Origin: Bacillota bacterium | Lineage (GTDB): Bacteria; Bacillota; DTU025 | Direction of reading: 5' to 3' | Length of the DNA: 64,000 nucleotides | Assembly: GCA_050951805.1 (NCBI GenBank) | Contig: JBMNJT010000003.1 | Location: forward strand, 32,001 to 96,000 | Shown: one piece after another, positions 60,821 to 64,000 of the stretch | Position numbering within the stretch: the stretch's first letter is position 1 | Layout of the letters: each line of letters starts with the position of its first letter | Notes under the pieces: generated by a model | Seen by the model: only the letters and a program-made list of their open reading frames with translations | Told to the model about the DNA's origin: nothing | Databases searched by the model: none | Program-made: the position numbers and the translations under genes

Positions 60821-62134
60821 ATGACCAAGAAGATGCGGGTAGTCCACTATCTAAACCAGTTTTTCGGACAGATAGGCGGCGAAGACAAAGCAGGAATAGC
60901 TCCCTTCGATAAGCCAGGCCATGTGGGTCCTGGCATGGCGTTGGCCGCTGCCTTTGGGGATGAGGCTGAGATCGTCGGGACAGTTATATGTGGCGACACC
61001 TATTTCGGCGAGAACATGGAAAAGGCGACCGAAGAGGTAGTTGCCCTCATAGAGAAATACAAGCCGGATCTGCTCGTGGCTGGGCCAGCCTTCAATGCGG
61101 GACGATACGGAACCGCTTGCGGCGCTGTGTGCGCGGCGGTGGCGGAGAAGTTCGGAATCCCGGTTGTGACTGGGATGTATCCTGAAAACCCTGGAGTGGA
61201 CATGTTCCGCAAGAATGCTTACATCATCGAGACCGGCGACAGTGCCGCTGGCATGCGCAAGGCTGTGCCGCAAATGGCAAAGCTTGCACTCAAATTGGCA
61301 AAAGGGGAGCCCACGGATCCTGCAACCGATGGCTATCTTTCCCGCGGGATCCGGGAGAACTACTTTGCCGAGAAGCGCGGCTCTGAGCGTGCAGTCGAGA
61401 TGCTGGTGAAGAAGCTCTCAGACAAGGACTTTGTCACGGAGTACCCTATGCCCGAGTTCGATCGTGTGGAACCCAATCCCCCCATTGCTGACATATCAAA
61501 GGCTACAATAGCCTTGGTCACCAGCGGAGGAATCGTTCCAAAGGGCAACCCTGACCACATTGAGTCCTCTTCGGCGTCGAAGTTCGGCAAGTACGATCTT
61601 GAGGGCGTCGAAGCCTTGACGAGTGAGACCCATGAGACTGCGCATGGGGGATACGACCCAGTCTATGCTAATGCAGATCCCAACCGGGTGCTGCCTGTAG
61701 ACGTCATGCGCGATCTGGAGAGGGAAGGGGTCATCGGCAAGCTGCACCGGTATTTCTATACGACTGTGGGCAATGGTACCTCAGTTGCGAACGCGAAGAA
61801 GTACGCGGCGGCCATCGCCAAGGAATTGGTTGAGGCGGGCGTCAATGGCGTCATCCTCACCAGCACCTGAGGGACTTGTACACGTTGCGGTGCAACGATG
61901 GTGAAAGAAATAGAGCGTGCGGGGCTTCCAGTTGTGCATATGTGCACCGTTGTCCCGATTTCTCTTACGGTAGGTGCGAACCGGATCGTACCCACGGTGG
62001 CGATCCCTCACCCACTGGGCAATCCGGCGATGGGCCACGACGAAGAGAAGCAACTGCGCCGCCGTCTGGTGGAGCGTGCGCTCACAGCTATGACGACAGA
62101 GGTGGAAGGGCAGACAGTCTTCGAAGAAAAGTAG
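60821..62134 (+). CDS. grdB: Glycine reductase selenoprotein B (Sec at UGA 61868-61870)
   Basis: VVHYLNQFFGQIGGE, GPAFNAGRYG, HGGYD, ILTST-U-GTCTRCGATMVKEIER; joins ORFs 60821..61870 and 61898..62134. Confidence 0.95.
61883..61897 (+). promoter_or_regulatory. Probable SECIS hairpin of grdB
   Basis: CGTTGC-GGT-GCAACG stem-loop starting 12 nt after the UGA. Confidence 0.6.
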
Positions 62135-62246
62135 GGATTGAACTGTCCATTTTGCGTTGTGCGGCCTCGGCGCGTCATAATGGTCCGCCGGGGCCGCATG
62201 GCCCGACAACAACGAACTACTCTTGATTTTGCAAGGAGGGGCCTGG

Positions 62247-63809
62247 ATGGACTTTGCTGTTGTACGAGGTGTAAGCTATGTCCTTGTTCATGCGCCAAGC
62301 ATGCTTGTGCACATGGGCACGACCCAGACGGTTGAGCGGGAGGCCAACCCGGACTCTGATTACCTGAAAGAGCTCCCCAAGCATTTGCGTTCCTACAGCG
62401 AGTGCATGGCCTACCCTCCGAACCAGACATACATCGGAAACATAACCCCTGATGAACTTGGCAACATTCCTCGGCCGTGGCATGAGAACCCGCTGGCAAA
62501 GGCGAGCCGCGCGGGGGCGCGGGGAGAGATCATGCCTGAGGACGAGTTTTATGCACTCATGAAGATTGTTGACAGTTTTGACCTGGTGGTTCTCGAGGAG
62601 GGTTTCACTGCGCAGGTGGCGGCGGAGCTCTCCAAAGATTCTGTTTGGATCGAGGGCGATCGGGAACGGCTCGGGGCCGGGGCGCCCATAAGCCAGATCG
62701 AGGAGCTTGTCTCCAGTGGCCGGGCTGAAGGACTCTATATTGGCGATAAGTTGGTAGGATGCGTCAAGGCAGCCCATGAGCGCGATAAGAACCTGACTGC
62801 TCACGTGATGGCTGAGAATTTGGCGGCCAAGGCTTCGGGGACGCTTGCACTGAGGCATTTGGTTGCGAAAAGCGGCATCGATGCTGCAGATATCGACTAT
62901 ATTATTGAATGTTCAGAAGAGGCGTGCGGAGACATGAACCAGCGTGGCGGAGGCAACTTCGCCAAGGCCATTGGCGAGATGGCGGGCTGCGTGAACGCTT
63001 CCGGATGCGATGTTCGCGGATTCTGTGCGGCGCCGGCCCATGCCATGGTGAACGCTGCGGGACTCGTGCAGTCGCAAGTATTCAAGAACGTGGCTGTCGT
63101 CGGAGGCGGGGCCACGGCGAAGCTGGGCATGAATGGGAGGGACCACGTCAAGAAGGGCCTTCCTCTGCTAGAGGACGTTCTCGGGGGATTTGCTGTTCTC
63201 GTTTCTGCCAATGACGGGAAAAGCCCCATAATCCGCACTGACGCGGTGGGACGCCACAAGATCGGTTCCGGCTCTTCTCCGCAGGCGGTGATGACCGCCA
63301 TAGTTGTGGACCCCCTGGAACGGGTCGGTCTCAGCTTGAAGGAAGTGGACAAATATTCTGCCGAGATGCAGAATCCGGAGATAACTGAGCCTGCGGGTGC
63401 AGGGGACGTGCCCACATCCAATCTGAAGATGATCGCAGCTCTTGCGGTAAAGAGGGGCGAGATCGCCAGGGGTGATATGGGAACATTCGTGAAAAAGCAT
63501 GGTATGCCCGGGTTCGCTCCTACGCAGGGGCATGTGCCTTCTGGAGTTCCGTCTCTGGGATATCTGTGTGACGAGATCAGTGCCGGTCGAATTGAACGCG
63601 CCCAGATAATCGGAAAGGGCTCTCTCTTCCTGGGCAGAATGACCAATCTCTTTGACGGGATCTCATTCCTTATCCAGAAGAACCCGGGCAAATGCGGTTC
63701 CCGGGATGGGGCTGCTGCAGCGGGGATGGCCGGAGTATCCGAACACGAGCTCCGCAAGATCATGGCAGATGCGTTGCGCGGGGCTGCGCAGACGCTAGTG
63801 GAGTCGTGA
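62247..63809 (+). CDS. grdC: Glycine reductase component C beta subunit
   Basis: YPPNQTYIGN, IECSEEACGDMNQRGGGNFAK, RGFCAAP, GHVPSGVP, GKGSLFLGRMTNLFDG. Confidence 0.93.
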   Translation: MDFAVVRGVSYVLVHAPSMLVHMGTTQTVEREANPDSDYLKELPKHLRSYSECMAYPPNQTYIGNITPDELGNIPRPWHENPLAKASRAGARGEIMPEDEFYALMKIVDSFDLVVLEEGFTAQVAAELSKDSVWIEGDRERLGAGAPISQIEELVSSGRAEGLYIGDKLVGCVKAAHERDKNLTAHVMAENLAAKASGTLALRHLVAKSGIDAADIDYIIECSEEACGDMNQRGGGNFAKAIGEMAGCVNASGCDVRGFCAAPAHAMVNAAGLVQSQVFKNVAVVGGGATAKLGMNGRDHVKKGLPLLEDVLGGFAVLVSANDGKSPIIRTDAVGRHKIGSGSSPQAVMTAIVVDPLERVGLSLKEVDKYSAEMQNPEITEPAGAGDVPTSNLKMIAALAVKRGEIARGDMGTFVKKHGMPGFAPTQGHVPSGVPSLGYLCDEISAGRIERAQIIGKGSLFLGRMTNLFDGISFLIQKNPGKCGSRDGAAAAGMAGVSEHELRKIMADALRGAAQTLVES

Positions 63810-63819
63810 GGTGGCTGCC

Positions 63820-64000
63820 ATGACTGATGATGCTAAAAGAAGAATAGCTGAACTCTTTGAGAAACTTGCCGATGCTCTCGAGAGCGGAGCGGACCTTGCC
63901 GGTTTGGCGGAGGGCGCAGGCGGACGCAGGCCGAGGATCGGCCTGACTGTGCTCGGCAGCGAACACGGGCCCGAAGAGATTATCGACGGGGCCCTACGTG
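63820..64000 (+). CDS. grdD: Glycine reductase component C alpha subunit, partial (runs off the window)
   Basis: MTDDAKRRIAELFEKLADALESG...RIGLTVLGSEHGPEEIIDGA, directly after grdC. Confidence 0.85.
   Translation, partial: MTDDAKRRIAELFEKLADALESGADLAGLAEGAGGRRPRIGLTVLGSEHGPEEIIDGALR

Overview
Chromosomal window from an anaerobic, selenoprotein-using bacterium; gene content (T-box, grd operon, cblS) suggests Bacillota. 1-8 kb is a decaying Rhs/YD polymorphic-toxin cassette array. It has two internal direct repeats, an orphan lytic-transglycosylase-like toxin tip paired with a membrane-anchored HEAT-repeat protein, RCC1 remnants and a degenerate IS256. 9.6-18.9 kb is a cobamide salvage locus under two cobalamin riboswitches. 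It contains a single-ORF BtuD-CobU-CblS triple fusion and a CobQ/CbiP lacking its whole glutaminase domain. Next come an Fe3+/AfuABC-like ABC transporter, an IS21 element with a 9-bp target duplication, a SWIM + SNF2 pair, GH4 + BadF-type kinase, the rbsRKACDB ribose operon and T-box-controlled cysE-cysK. An envelope-related block follows (candidate unannotated structured RNA, acyltransferase-3, DedA fused to an apparently dead PAP2). The window ends in a glycine-riboswitch-controlled glycine reductase operon (grdX-trxB-trxA-grdE-grdA-grdB-grdC-grdD') with two UGA-selenocysteine genes. All family assignments come from recognising motifs by eye; no database searches were run.
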